DNA of 64,000 bases, taken from NCBI GenBank assembly GCA_001897075.1, contig MKRZ01000089.1, forward strand, positions 25,911-89,910, in the 5' to 3' direction. The DNA is from Mesorhizobium sp. 61-13 (GTDB lineage: Bacteria; Pseudomonadota; Alphaproteobacteria; Rhizobiales; Rhizobiaceae). Of the stretch, positions 46,937 through 57,600 are shown piece after piece (the first letter of the stretch is position 1; the number at the start of each line of letters is the position of its first letter). Made by a program: the position numbers and the translations under genes. The notes below the pieces were generated by a model. The model searched no databases. It was not told the origin of the DNA and worked only from the letters and a program-made list of their open reading frames with translations.

Positions 46937-47463
46937 GCCGCACCCTTGCTCTTGGTCGTGCTGCCTTCCATCACGCCAATGAGGTGCAACTTGGAGGTCA
47001 GAGCCATGCGGTCGATGCTGGCGAGCGGCAGGCTCATGAAGGCGGCGATCCGGTTGCCGAGGAACTTCAGGGCGTCCTCGAATGCAGCCTCCTGCTTGAA
47101 CTCCGGTCCCTGCACGGCGGCGGGATCTTCGATCCCCCAATGCGCCGTCATGGGCTGGCCGGGCCAGACGGGACAGACTTCGCCGGCCGCGTTGTCACAG
47201 ACGGTGAAGACGAAATCCATCTTCGGTGCATCCGGCATCGCGAACTCGTCCCAGGGCTTGGAACGGAGGCCATCGGTGGCGATACCCGCCTTGCGCAGCG
47301 TGGCGAGGGTCAAGGGGTGAACCTCGCCCTTGGGGGTCGAACCTGCCGAATAGCCGCGGAACCGGCCCTCGCCGACATGGTTCAGCAGGGCCTCGCCGAT
47401 GATTGAGCGGGCGGAATTACCGGTGCAGAGGAAAAGGACATTGTAGGTGCGGTCAGCAGGCAC
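46933..47463 (-). CDS. arsC: Arsenate reductase, LMW-PTP (thioredoxin-coupled) family
   Basis: VLFLCTGNSARSII P-loop and downstream Cys residues (FTVCDNAAGEVCP). Confidence 0.9.
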   Translation of the reverse strand: MPADRTYNVLFLCTGNSARSIIGEALLNHVGEGRFRGYSAGSTPKGEVHPLTLATLRKAGIATDGLRSKPWDEFAMPDAPKMDFVFTVCDNAAGEVCPVWPGQPMTAHWGIEDPAAVQGPEFKQEAAFEDALKFLGNRIAAFMSLPLASIDRMALTSKLHLIGVMEGSTTKSKGAA

Positions 47464-47824
47464 AGGCGTTCTCCTTGGCGGCGGGGGCGCAGCAGTCCGC
47501 GGCGACGGCGGCGGCAGGAGCGCAGATTTCCGGATGCCCCGAGCAGCAGTCGCGCATGAGGAATTGGATCAGGGCAGACAGCCCGTCATAATTGGCCGAG
47601 TAGACGATCGAGCGGGATTCCCGCCGCGACTGGATGAGGCCGGCGCGCTCCAGATGCGACAGGTGGAACGAGGCCCCCGACGAGGAGGCGCCCACGGCAT
47701 CGCCGACAGCACCGGCGGACAGTCCATCCAGCCCAGCCTGCACCAGCACGCGCACCATGCGGAGGCGCGTTTCCTGGGAAAGTGCACCGAAGGCATCAAG
47801 GGCTTGCGATTCTTCGAGTTTCAT
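47453..47824 (-). CDS. arsR: ArsR/SmtB-family metalloregulator
   Basis: ALSQETRLRMVRVL...ASFHLSHLERAGLIQSRRESRSIVY wHTH, with a Cys-rich C-terminus (DCCSGHPEIC...). Confidence 0.9.
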   Translation of the reverse strand: MKLEESQALDAFGALSQETRLRMVRVLVQAGLDGLSAGAVGDAVGASSSGASFHLSHLERAGLIQSRRESRSIVYSANYDGLSALIQFLMRDCCSGHPEICAPAAAVAADCCAPAAKENACAC

Positions 47825-47850
47825 TTCAATATCTCAAGTATCATTGAAAT
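47823..47850. promoter_or_regulatory. Inverted repeat in the arsR/DUF6428 divergent promoter (ArsR operator candidate)
   Basis: ATTTCAAT-N12-ATTGAAAT, a perfect 8-bp inverted repeat in the 40-bp AT-rich intergenic region. Confidence 0.6.
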
Positions 47851-47864
47851 ATGGATACTCGATC

Positions 47865-48380
47865 ATGAACGCCCATGCAACTCTTCCCTATGTCGAGGTG
47901 GAAGCCTCCCTTGCTGCCGTGCTGGCGCACCTGGAGGGACAGGACGAGAAGCCCCTGATCATCGAATACGACGATCGCACCGTCCGGGCCGGCTATCATG
48001 TCACCGAGGTGAAGGCGGGCTCGTTCGTTACGCTCGACTGCGGGAACAACCCGGATGCCTGGCAGGAGACCGTCCTGCAGATCGAGGACATTCCGGCGAC
48101 CGACGACCGCCCCATGATGACCGCCGGCAAATTCCGCAAGATCCTGAGCCAGGTGGATCGCAAGGTCCGGCTGAACCACGACGCCCGACTGACCATCGAG
48201 ATCGGCCAGCCTGGAGAGGCGATGCGCGTATTCGATGTCGCTGAAGTGAATGTTCTCGAGGATCGTGTCCGCTTCGCGCTTGGTATGCGTGCCGCCATCT
48301 GCAAGCCAAGGCACCGCGCCCAAGAGGCTGCGGCCAACGCTTGCTGCGCATCGGCGGCCACGCCATCCGCCTGCTGTTGA
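47865..48380 (+). CDS. DUF6428-like protein divergent from arsR
   Basis: MNAHATLPYVEVEASL...AGYHVTEVKAGSFVTLDCGNNPDAWQETVLQI. Cys-rich C-terminus. Confidence 0.6.
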   Translation: MNAHATLPYVEVEASLAAVLAHLEGQDEKPLIIEYDDRTVRAGYHVTEVKAGSFVTLDCGNNPDAWQETVLQIEDIPATDDRPMMTAGKFRKILSQVDRKVRLNHDARLTIEIGQPGEAMRVFDVAEVNVLEDRVRFALGMRAAICKPRHRAQEAAANACCASAATPSACC

Positions 48381-48530
48381 CCTGTGCTGGAGGCCTGAAG
48401 TTCGCCAGCAACGCGGCTCACTTCCTCTCTGGAAACGGGACGGGTGCGACGTTGCGGTCAGGTCAAGATCTTCGACCTGACGCCCGGTTCATCTTCAGCC
48501 CTGGCATGATGACCTTCATCGCTCACCCCG

Positions 48531-49130
48531 TCACTCGGCGCCCTTCCGAACCATCGTGACAACGAGTGAGCCTTCCGCCAGCGGCCGCAGCAATTCAGCT
48601 TCGGGCTTCGTGCGATGGAGCCACGCCTTCCAGTCGTCCGGTCGCAACACGACGACCTGCCGGTCGTGATAGGGCTTGATGTCGGGACCGGGTTCGGTCG
48701 TCAGCATGGCGAACGAGGCGGAGTGATTGCCCTGTGCTTCGCGCCAGATGCCGGCAATGGCCATGAAGGGGGCGCCGTTAAGCGTGAAGCGATGCTTGGT
48801 CTTGGGATATTTCGTGCCGGTGAATTCGAAGAACCCGGAAGCCGGGATGAGGCAGCGCCGGCTGTTTGAGAAGTTCCGCCCGTCGGAGCGATAGTTGAAT
48901 ACCGGACCGCGCTTGGGCTGATCCGACGGCAGCCCGAAATTCATCGGCGTCAGTTCGACCTCGTTGAAGTTCGCCGTGGCGCGCATGACCGGCGCCATGT
49001 CGTTGATACGGATGTCGTCCGCCTCCGGCAGGTCAAGTTCGGATTGTTGCGTCGGGATGCCAAGCTCGATCGCCTGCATCATCCGCACATACTCGACCCA
49101 TTTCACATGCTGTTCGTAGGCATTGCACAT
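48531..49130 (-). CDS. SOS-response-associated peptidase (SRAP/YedK family)
   Basis: MCNAY N-terminus (Cys2 nucleophile), ...CLIPASGFFEF..., IAGIWRE. Confidence 0.85.
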   Translation of the reverse strand: MCNAYEQHVKWVEYVRMMQAIELGIPTQQSELDLPEADDIRINDMAPVMRATANFNEVELTPMNFGLPSDQPKRGPVFNYRSDGRNFSNSRRCLIPASGFFEFTGTKYPKTKHRFTLNGAPFMAIAGIWREAQGNHSASFAMLTTEPGPDIKPYHDRQVVVLRPDDWKAWLHRTKPEAELLRPLAEGSLVVTMVRKGAE

Positions 49131-49325
49131 TTCCGAACCTTAGCCCGGGATCGTTGGGATTTCGAGACTTGGTCTGCCACCGCATCCTCTCGGACCCAGA
49201 CATTCGCACTGGCGTAATTCCTGAAACCCGCATTGCCGCTTTCGCTACTGAAAGGGGAACGCCTTCCCCTGCGGCCGAGCCAGGGTCTCGACCGACCCCT
49301 TCTGCGGGGAGACCCCGCAACGCCC

Positions 49326-49409
49326 CCTCAGAGTGAGAGTGCGGACGGGTTTGCCGTGACGGGTTGAAAGCCGGAGGAGAGCTTCCGGCGCCCGTCGCGG
49401 AGAACCGCG
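49326..49409 (+). promoter_or_regulatory. Conserved 84-nt leader, copy A (upstream of ardC)
   Basis: Same length and register as 50881-50964. Shared blocks: cctcagagtgagag (14 nt), gtgacgggttg (11 nt) and cgcccgtcgcggagaa (16 nt). gtgacggg can pair with cccgtcgc. Confidence 0.55.
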
Positions 49410-50387
49410 ATGTCCAGACCTCACCGCCACGCCCGCGCCGGCACCGACTGGGCGAGCCTCTATGACGAGATCACCGGCAGGATCATTGCCGACCTCGAAA
49501 CCGGCCGCTTCCCCTGGGTGCAGCCCTGGGGCACGTCAGCCGCCCAGGCGCCGCTTGGCCTGCCGAAGAATGCCAGCACCGGCCGCGCCTATTCCGGGAT
49601 CAACATCCTGATCCTGTGGGGCGCAGTGGTCCAGCACGGCTTTCCTGGCCAGGGCTGGCTCACCTTCCGGCAAGCCCTGTCGCTGGGCGGCAATGTCCGC
49701 AAGGGCGAACACGGCACGACTGTCGTCTATGCTGATCGCTTCATTCCCGAAGACGAGAAGCAACGCGCCCGCGACATCGGCGACGAAGCCCAGGCCATTC
49801 CGTTCCTGAAACGCTTCACCGTGTTCAACCTGGCGCAGTGCGAGGGGCTGCCGGACGACATCGCCGTCGGGGCACCTCCACCTCCGCCGGGCACGATCGA
49901 GCCAACCGTCGCGGCGCTGATCGAGGCCACTGGCATCGATTTCCGCATCGGCGGCGACCGCGCCTTTTACGTGCCGATGCATGACTATGTGATGGTGCCG
50001 CCGCCAGCCGCATATTTCGAGTCGATCAACTGGCACCGCACAGCGCTGCACGAACTCGGTCACGCCACCGGCCATGCCTCGCGGCTCGCCCGTGATCTTG
50101 GCGGCTCCTTCGGCTCGAGGAAATATGCCTTCGAGGAGCTGGTCGCCGAAATGAACGCCGCCTTCTGCTGCGCGGCGCTCGGCATCGTTCCGACCGTGCG
50201 TCACGCCGATTACCTCGGCTCCTGGCTCGAGGTGCTGCGCGAAGATAATCGCGCCATCGTGCGCGCTGCCTCGCAGGCCAGCAAGGCAGCCGACTGGCTC
50301 CTCGGTTTCGTGCCGCAAACCAGCCGCGTCGCCGCAGCCGGCGCGGACGAGTCCGATGCGGCCGAGATCGACATGAGGGCGGCATGA
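49410..50387 (+). CDS. ardC: ArdC-family antirestriction protein (second copy, divergent from 3377-4294)
   Basis: WASLYDEITGRIIADLETGRFPWVQPW, YSGINILILW, HELGHATGH. Confidence 0.9.
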   Translation: MSRPHRHARAGTDWASLYDEITGRIIADLETGRFPWVQPWGTSAAQAPLGLPKNASTGRAYSGINILILWGAVVQHGFPGQGWLTFRQALSLGGNVRKGEHGTTVVYADRFIPEDEKQRARDIGDEAQAIPFLKRFTVFNLAQCEGLPDDIAVGAPPPPPGTIEPTVAALIEATGIDFRIGGDRAFYVPMHDYVMVPPPAAYFESINWHRTALHELGHATGHASRLARDLGGSFGSRKYAFEELVAEMNAAFCCAALGIVPTVRHADYLGSWLEVLREDNRAIVRAASQASKAADWLLGFVPQTSRVAAAGADESDAAEIDMRAA

Positions 50388-50566
50388 TCGCGAACCGTCT
50401 TGACCGCGGGCGAGGCGATACCCACATCCGTCAATGCTTGCATGACAGCGCCGTGTCGCCGTCAGTCTTGGCCCCGCGCCAAGGTCCCGTCCTTCTCCGA
50501 AGGTTAACCGGCGAGCCCCACACAGGGGCGCGCCATGGTGGTCGTCCCTCGCACAAGGAGGCGATC

Positions 50567-50785
50567 ATGTCGCAACGTAAGCGTACCTACACACCACAAG
50601 AAACCGCACTCGCGAAACAGCTCTACGAGCGAGCCAAGGCAACCGGCACACTGAAGCGACCCCGCGCGATTGCCGCTCTGGCTTTGAGCAATGGCGTCCG
50701 CCAAGTCGCCTCGGCCTCGACCGTCACGTTTCGCGACTATCTCCGTGACGCGCGTCAGCAACTGGCGCGCCGCACAAGCTCGTGA
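50567..50785 (+). CDS. Small hypothetical protein (72 aa)
   Basis: RBS aaggagg lies 6 nt before ATG 50567. MSQRKRTYTPQETALAKQLYERAKATG... Confidence 0.5.
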   Translation: MSQRKRTYTPQETALAKQLYERAKATGTLKRPRAIAALALSNGVRQVASASTVTFRDYLRDARQQLARRTSS

Positions 50786-50880
50786 CGCTCTGCCCGGCCG
50801 GCGCGACACCCTCGTCCGGTGAGGGAGCCTAGACTTCGGCTTTTGGTCCGCCGCGTTTCGACGCGAGTATGCGGCGCCGT

Positions 50881-50964
50881 CCTCAGAGTGAGAGGGCGGC
50901 GCCGCTTCTCGTGACGGGTTGGAGGTCGAGAGGAGTTCCCGGCCGCCCGTCGCGGAGAAAGACC
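50881..50964 (+). promoter_or_regulatory. Conserved 84-nt leader, copy B (upstream of the ParB-like gene)
   Basis: See copy A. The conserved blocks lie at identical distances from the ATG. Confidence 0.55.
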
Positions 50965-53094
50965 ATGGCGACCGCCAAGCAGAAGATCACTCTCAACCCC
51001 TCGCGGGATATCCCCTTCAAGAAGCTGATGCTCAGCCAGGCCAACGTCCGGCGCATCAAGAACGGGCAGTCGATCGAGGATCTCGCCGCCTCCATTGCCC
51101 GGCGCGGGCTCCTGCAGAGCCTCAACGTCCGCCCCGTGCTCGACGCTGACCGCAACGAGACCGGCATGTTCGAGGTGCCCGCCGGCGGGCGGCGCTATCG
51201 CGCGCTCGAACTGCTGGTCAAGCAGAAGCGCATGGCCAAGACCGAAACCGTGCCCTGCGTCGTTTCGGACGCGAACAGCGCCGTGCCGATCGAGGAAGAC
51301 TCGCTGGCCGAGAACTTCCAGCGCGAGGACCTGCATCCCCTCGACATGTTCCGCGCCTTCCAGACCCTGCACGATCAGGGTGCAAGCCACGAGGACATCG
51401 CCGCCCGCTTCTTCGTCTCGGCCACCTTCGTGCAGCAGCGCCTGCGCCTCGCCAAGGTGTCGCCCAAGCTGCTCGACATCTATGAGCAGGACGGCATGAA
51501 GCTCGACCAGATCATGGCCTTCACGGTCACCGACGATCATGCGCGCCAGGAACAGGTCTGGGAGGCGCTCCAGAATTCCTGGTCGCAGGAGCCGCATCAG
51601 ATCCGGCGTATGCTGACCGAGACGGCGATCCGGGCCAATGACCGCCGGGCGTTGTTTGTCGGGATCGAGGCCTATGTCGCCGCCGGCGGGATCGTGCTGC
51701 GCGATCTGTTCGAAGCCGACAATGGCGGCTGGCTGCAGGACCCGGCGCTGCTCGATCGTCTCGTCGGCGAGAAGCTGCGGGCCAGCGCCAACGTCATCGC
51801 CGCCGAGGGCTGGAAGTGGATCGTTGTCGACGTCGATCTGCCCTATGGCCATGAGCACGGCATGCGCTCCCTGACCGGCACCTTCGCCGATCTCAGCGAC
51901 GAGGAGCAGGCCAGCAGAACAGCGCTCCGCAGCGAGTATGACCAGATCGAGGCGCAGTATGGCGAAGCCGACGAACTGCCCGATGAGGTCGATCAGCGGC
52001 TCGGCGAGATCGAGCAGGCGCTCGGGCAGTTCGAGAACCGCCCGATGATCTACGAACCGGCCGAGATTGCCCGCGCCGGCGCCTTCGTCAGCATCGATCG
52101 GGACGGCGACCTGGTCGTTGATCGCGGTTATGTCCGTCCCGAGGACGAGGCCCCCGCAACCGTCGACGGCGACGCCGGCCACTCGCAGAACGATCCCGAA
52201 GGCGACGGTGCCGACTCCGCGGTCCGCCGGACAACGATCACCATCGGTGCGCAGGCCTCGGAACCTGACGAGGAGGAGAGCGACACCATCAAGCCGCTGC
52301 CGGAGCGGCTGGTCATCGACCTCACCGCGCACCGCACGCTGGCGCTGCGCAATGCCGTCGCCGGCAACCCACACATCGCGATGACGGCACTGCTCCATCG
52401 GCTTGTGCTTGACACCTTCGGTCAGCGCTCCTCGATCGGCTGTCTCGAAGCCTCCGTCCGCCACGTTTACTTCACCGCGCAGGACGTCGACCTCAAGGAC
52501 AGTTCGGACGCCAGGGCCGTCGCCGACCGGCAGGGGGCCTGGAAGGCGGACATTCCCTTCGGCGACGACGAGGCGCTGTGGACCTGGCTCGATACCCTCG
52601 ACGAGGCCAGCCGGCTGGCGCTTCTGGCGCATTGCGTCAGTTTCGGGATCAACGCGCTTTACGAGCGCATCAATCCCTACGGCTCCGGCGTCAGCCAGCA
52701 GGGGCTCGAGCAGCGCCTGCGCGAGGCTGACCGCCTGGCCCGGGTGACCGGGTTGGACATGGTCGACGCCGGCTGGCGGCCGACCGTCGCCAACTATCTC
52801 GGCCGCGTCACCAAATCCCGCATCCTCGAAGCGGTGCGCGAGGGCGCCGGCGAGCGTGCGGCGCAACTGATCGACCATCTCAAGAAGGGCGAGATGGCCA
52901 GGGAGGCAGAGCGGCTGCTTGCGGATAGCGGCTGGCTGCCCGAGCCGCTGCGCCTCGCCGGTGACGAACAGGCCGGCGTTCAGAAGGACGAGGATGACGG
53001 CGATGTAGCGGCGCTGCCTGCCTTCCTCGCCGGCGAGGAAGATCCTGTCGGGGCCGACGCAGACGAGCCGGTGCAGCCGATCGCTGCTGAATAG
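50965..53094 (+). CDS. Large ParB/Sulfiredoxin-domain protein (ICE ParB-like nuclease family)
   Basis: MATAKQKITLNPSRDIPFKKLMLSQANVRR...LLQSLNVRP...VPAGGRRYRALELL. Confidence 0.85.
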   Translation: MATAKQKITLNPSRDIPFKKLMLSQANVRRIKNGQSIEDLAASIARRGLLQSLNVRPVLDADRNETGMFEVPAGGRRYRALELLVKQKRMAKTETVPCVVSDANSAVPIEEDSLAENFQREDLHPLDMFRAFQTLHDQGASHEDIAARFFVSATFVQQRLRLAKVSPKLLDIYEQDGMKLDQIMAFTVTDDHARQEQVWEALQNSWSQEPHQIRRMLTETAIRANDRRALFVGIEAYVAAGGIVLRDLFEADNGGWLQDPALLDRLVGEKLRASANVIAAEGWKWIVVDVDLPYGHEHGMRSLTGTFADLSDEEQASRTALRSEYDQIEAQYGEADELPDEVDQRLGEIEQALGQFENRPMIYEPAEIARAGAFVSIDRDGDLVVDRGYVRPEDEAPATVDGDAGHSQNDPEGDGADSAVRRTTITIGAQASEPDEEESDTIKPLPERLVIDLTAHRTLALRNAVAGNPHIAMTALLHRLVLDTFGQRSSIGCLEASVRHVYFTAQDVDLKDSSDARAVADRQGAWKADIPFGDDEALWTWLDTLDEASRLALLAHCVSFGINALYERINPYGSGVSQQGLEQRLREADRLARVTGLDMVDAGWRPTVANYLGRVTKSRILEAVREGAGERAAQLIDHLKKGEMAREAERLLADSGWLPEPLRLAGDEQAGVQKDEDDGDVAALPAFLAGEEDPVGADADEPVQPIAAE

Positions 53095-53131
53095 CAGCCC
53101 CCAACGGGTCACCCCTCACTTCATCCCTCAT

Positions 53132-53162
53132 GGCCCGGCGCTCTGCCGGGCCTTTCCGTTTC
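53132..53162 (+). terminator. Intrinsic terminator candidate after the ParB-like gene
   Basis: ggcccggc-gctc-tgccgggcc followed by tttccgttt. Confidence 0.5.
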
Positions 53163-53175
53163 AGGAGAGATTGCA

Positions 53176-53652
53176 ATGTCTGCCTCTTTGATCTTCGACA
53201 TCGCCCCGCTCGGCGCGCTGGTCACCTATTCGGACGGCGCGCCTCGACCGCCGGCGCGCTTCACCAAAAAGCTCGCGGCCTGGGAGCGCCGCAACGGGAC
53301 CGGCCGGCTGGTCCGCAAGGAGCCGGCGCGCGAGCGCCCGACCTACACGTCCCCGCCCGGCTTCACCCTCCATGAGGGGACTTTCGGCCAGAATGGCATC
53401 ATCCTCGTCTCGGTGATGCGCACCTATGGGATCGACAGCGATCTTAGGTTCCGCGTCATCGACCGTCCCCGCATCGGCCAGGTCCGCGTGCTGCAATCCG
53501 TCGGCGACGGTCAGGAACTGCTGCATCTCGCCGAAAGCCGCGACGCTGCCGAGTTGTGGCTGGCGCGAAACCGCCACCACCAGTCCCGCATCGACGAGGT
53601 GACCGCCGACGAACTCAGCGCTGATGCCGTCGAGGGACGAGCCGCAGCCTGA
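53176..53652 (+). CDS. Hypothetical protein (158 aa)
   Basis: RBS aggagag before the ATG. Co-directional with the leading-region genes. Confidence 0.6.
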   Translation: MSASLIFDIAPLGALVTYSDGAPRPPARFTKKLAAWERRNGTGRLVRKEPARERPTYTSPPGFTLHEGTFGQNGIILVSVMRTYGIDSDLRFRVIDRPRIGQVRVLQSVGDGQELLHLAESRDAAELWLARNRHHQSRIDEVTADELSADAVEGRAAA

Positions 53653-53774
53653 CACCGGCGAGCCACCGATTTTCACGGCGGAACGACCGCCACTCTCAAT
53701 CATCCCCACGAACGAGGCGAACCTGCCCGGGCTCCTGAACGAGCGCTGGGCAGTTCGCTTTACGGAGACCGATC

Positions 53775-54200
53775 ATGCCCGAATTCACCGTTGAAACGAC
53801 GTATCACCTGCCGATCTACCGGCAGCGCACCTATACGGCCGAGACGCCCGAAGCAGCTTGCCGGCTCGCCATCGAGGACAAGGACTGGTCGCAACAGAAA
53901 GAGGATTGCGAGTCCGCCGGCGAGACCTTCGTCACCGGCATCTGGCAAGGAACCGATGCCGCCTACCGCGGTCCCACGGTGCAAGTCGCCCCGCACTTTG
54001 AGGAAACGCAGCAGCGCCAGGCGCGGCACTTCGAAGTCCTGCTCGGCCTGCTCAAGATCCTCCTCGCCGATTCCGAAGCGGGTCGAACGACGGCACCCGA
54101 ATGGTCCGGCAAGGCGAGATGGGCGGTAGAACTAGCCGAGGCCATCCTCGGCGGTGCCCGCGGGCCGGACGAACCGGGCAGCGCAGGAGACGTCTCATGA
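53775..54200 (+). CDS. Hypothetical protein (141 aa)
   Basis: ORF with protein-like composition. Its stop overlaps the next ATG (ATGA at 54197-54200). Confidence 0.6.
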   Translation: MPEFTVETTYHLPIYRQRTYTAETPEAACRLAIEDKDWSQQKEDCESAGETFVTGIWQGTDAAYRGPTVQVAPHFEETQQRQARHFEVLLGLLKILLADSEAGRTTAPEWSGKARWAVELAEAILGGARGPDEPGSAGDVS

Positions 54201-54463
54201 GCATCCCCGGCTTTGCCCGCGCCAATTTCCAGACGCTGCTCCGCGTCGCCGGTGATGGCAATCTGGCGCTGATGGAGTGCCTCGACACCGAAACGGCGCA
54301 ACCGCGCAACGTGATCTGTGCCGTCGGGCGCGACGGCACGGACTACACGCTCACACCCTTCGGGCATCTGGCCGAAGGCAATCCCTTCGACGCCTACCGG
54401 CCGCCCGATCCGGCCGACCCGAAAGGCTTCCTGCCCGCGGCCGGCGCGCCGAATAGGAAATAG
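54197..54463 (+). CDS. Hypothetical protein (88 aa)
   Basis: MSIPGFARANFQTLLRVAGDGNLALMECLDTE... Translationally coupled to the previous gene. Confidence 0.55.
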   Translation: MSIPGFARANFQTLLRVAGDGNLALMECLDTETAQPRNVICAVGRDGTDYTLTPFGHLAEGNPFDAYRPPDPADPKGFLPAAGAPNRK

Positions 54464-54632
54464 CCATCACGCCCGATCCTCATCAAGCGCCCGTGCTGCG
54501 GCCCGGGCGCTTGTTTCATGTCAGGGGTCATGGCCGAGAGGGAGAGTCTGGCCGGGACGGGTTCGAGCCGCTCCGGTCCAGAGAGAGCGCTGCGCGCGGC
54601 GCGATTTCCTGTTGCTCTCCGAGGATCCCATC

Positions 54633-57600
54633 ATGACCCCGACTTCCGCATCCGCGGCAGCGTTTGCCGCCGTGCCGCTTCCGCTCGCCAGACCCGACAC
54701 CGCTGCCGCGGTGTTTGCCGCCGCGAGCCTTCTCCTGCCTCATCTCGAGCGCGGCGAGCGCATCGACGCGCCGATCCTGCGCGCCAGCATGGAGACCGCC
54801 TTCGGCGCCTCCGATGCCGCCGGCGCCTGGGACTGGAAGCAGGCTTACGAGGCCTGCGAGGCGGCCACTGTCCTGTTCCTGCGCAAATACGGAAAGGCGC
54901 TGTTCCGTAAAGCCGCCACTCCGGCTTCACGGCTTTCCGCCCTGTCGACGATCGCGGGCCTGCTGCCGACGCATACGCGCCGCTCCGAAGAGTCGCAGGC
55001 CTTCCAACAATTCTCGACGCCGATCCCGCTCGGTCTTGCCGCGGCGACGGCCGCCGCCATCACCCCTGCCGACCGCGTGCTCGAGCCCTCGGCTGGCACC
55101 GGCCTGCTCGCCATCCTGGCCGAGATCTCCGGCGGCACGCTGCTGCTCAACGAACTCGCCGAAACCCGCGCCGATCTTCTCTCCTCCCTCTTTCCGGCCG
55201 CACCCGTCACGCGCTTCGATGCCGCGCAGATCGACGATCATCTCGATCCCGCTGCCGTGCCGAGCGCCGTGTTGATGAACCCGCCGTTCTCGGTGATGGC
55301 CAATGTCGAAGGCCGCGTCGTCGGCGCGGTGGTCCGTCATGTCGCCTCGGCGCTGGCGCGCCTGGCGCCGGGCGGCCGCCTCGTGACCATCACCGGCGCC
55401 AGCTTCGCCCCCGACAATCCGGCCTGGGCACCGGCCTTCGCGCGCTTGCAGGAGCGCGGCCGCGTCGTCTTCTCGGCGGCGATCGATGGCGCAGTCTATG
55501 CCAGACATGGCACGACGATCGACACGCGCCTGACCGTCATCGACAAGTTGCCGGCCGACGATCCCGGTGTCTTCCCCGCCGCGCCTGGCGTCGCTCCCGA
55601 CGCCGCCACGCTGCTGTCTTGGGTCGGCGCGCAGGTCCCGGCGCGCCTGCCGGTCGCGCTCCCGGCGCTGTCGGCCACCACCTCGACTCCCGCCGCGCCG
55701 CGGACGGTACGCGGCTATGTCGCCCGTGCCGCGCAAGTCGCGCCGCGGGCCGCGCTCGCCGAGCCCGAGGGCGTCGACCTCGCCTACGACACCCTCGAGG
55801 TGCCGCCGGCCGAAGACGGCGGCATCAGCGATGCCATCTATGAGGCCTACGGACTTCAGGCGATCCGTATTCCCGGCTCTCAGGCGCACCCGACCCAACT
55901 CGTGCAATCGGCGGCCATGGCGAGCGTCACGCCGCCCCGGCCAAGCTATCGACCGCGCCTCCCGCACAACATTCTCGACCTGCTGTCCGATGCCCAGCTC
56001 GAGACAGTGATCTATGCCGGCGAAGCCCATTCGGAATTTCTCGCCGGCGTCTGGACGGTGGACGACACCTTCGATGTCATCAGCGCCGCGCCGGACGATG
56101 CCGCGGGTGCCATTCGTTTCCGGCAGGGCTTCATGATCGGCGACGGCACCGGCGTCGGCAAGGGCCGTGAATCGGCGGCCATTATCCTCGATCATTGGCT
56201 GCAGGGGCGCCGCAAGGCGCTCTGGATCTCGAAGTCCGACAAGCTGATCGAGGACGCGCAGCGCGACTGGTCGGCGTTTGGGATGGAGCGGCTGCTGGTC
56301 ACGCCGCTCTCGCGCTTCCCGCAGGGCAAGGCGATCACGCTCCCCGAAGGCATCCTATTCACCACCTATGCCACGCTACGCTCCGACGATCGCGGCGACA
56401 AGGTTTCGCGGGTCCGGCAGATCGTCGAATGGTTGGGCGCCGGTTTCGACGGCGTCATCGTGTTCGACGAGAGCCATGCCATGCAGAATGCCGCCGGGGC
56501 ACAAGGCGACCGCGGCAATGTCGCCGCCAGCCAGCAGGGCCGCGCCGGGCTCCGGCTGCAGCACGCTTTGCCGAACGCCCGCATCCTCTATGTCTCGGCG
56601 ACAGGCGCCACGACGGTCCACAATCTCGCCTATGCCCAGCGGCTCGGCCTCTGGGGCGGCGAGCATTTTCCCTTCTCGACCCGCGCCGAATTCGTCGAGG
56701 CGATCGAATCCGGCGGCGTCGCAGCGATGGAAGTTCTGGCACGTGACCTGCGGGCGCTCGGCCTCTACACCGCCCGCTCGCTCTCCTTCGCCGGCGTCGA
56801 ATACGAACTCGTCGAGCACGAACTGACGCCCGTGCAGGTCCGGATCTACGACGCCTATGCGGGCGCCTTTGCCATCATCCATAACAACCTCGATGCGGCG
56901 ATGCAGGCGGCCAACATCACCGACAGTTCCGGCACGCTGAATGCACAGGCCAAGTCTGCCGCCCGCTCGGCCTTCGAAAGCGCCAAGCAGCGCTTCTTCG
57001 GGCACCTGCTCACCTCGATGAAGACGCCGACCCTGATCCGCTCGATCACGCGCGACCTTGCCGATGGCCACTCCGCCGTCATCCAGATCGTCTCGACCGG
57101 CGAGGCGCTGATGGAACGGCGTCTCAGTGAGTTGCCGACCGAGGAATGGAACGACGTTCGCGTCGACATTACGCCGCGCGAATATGTCCTCGACTATCTC
57201 GCCCATTCCTTCCCGGTCCAGCTCTACGAGCCGTTCACCGACTCGGAGGGCAATCTGTCGTCGCGCCCGGTCTATCGCGACGGCCAGCCGGTCGAGAGTC
57301 GCGAGGCCGTTGCCCGCCGCGACGACCTGATCGCAAGGCTCGCCAGCCTGCCGCCCGTGCCTGGGGCGCTGGATCAGATCGTCCAGCATTTTGGCACTGA
57401 CATCGTGGCCGAGGTCACCGGCCGTTCGCGCCGCATCGTGCGGAAGTCCGGCGCCGTCCCTGGCGGCGACCGCCTCGTGGTCGAGACCCGCGCGGGATCG
57501 GCCAACCTCGCCGAAACGCAGGCCTTCATGGACGACCACAAGCGCGTTCTCGTCTTCAGCGACGCCGGCGGCACCGGGCGCAGCTACCACGCCGAGCTTT

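Noticed and set aside
50755-53112. 785-aa ORF on the minus strand
   Set aside because: It is antisense to the ParB-like gene, which has clear ParB motifs and an RBS/leader. The composition is low-complexity (G/A/R/L/D) with no recognisable domain.
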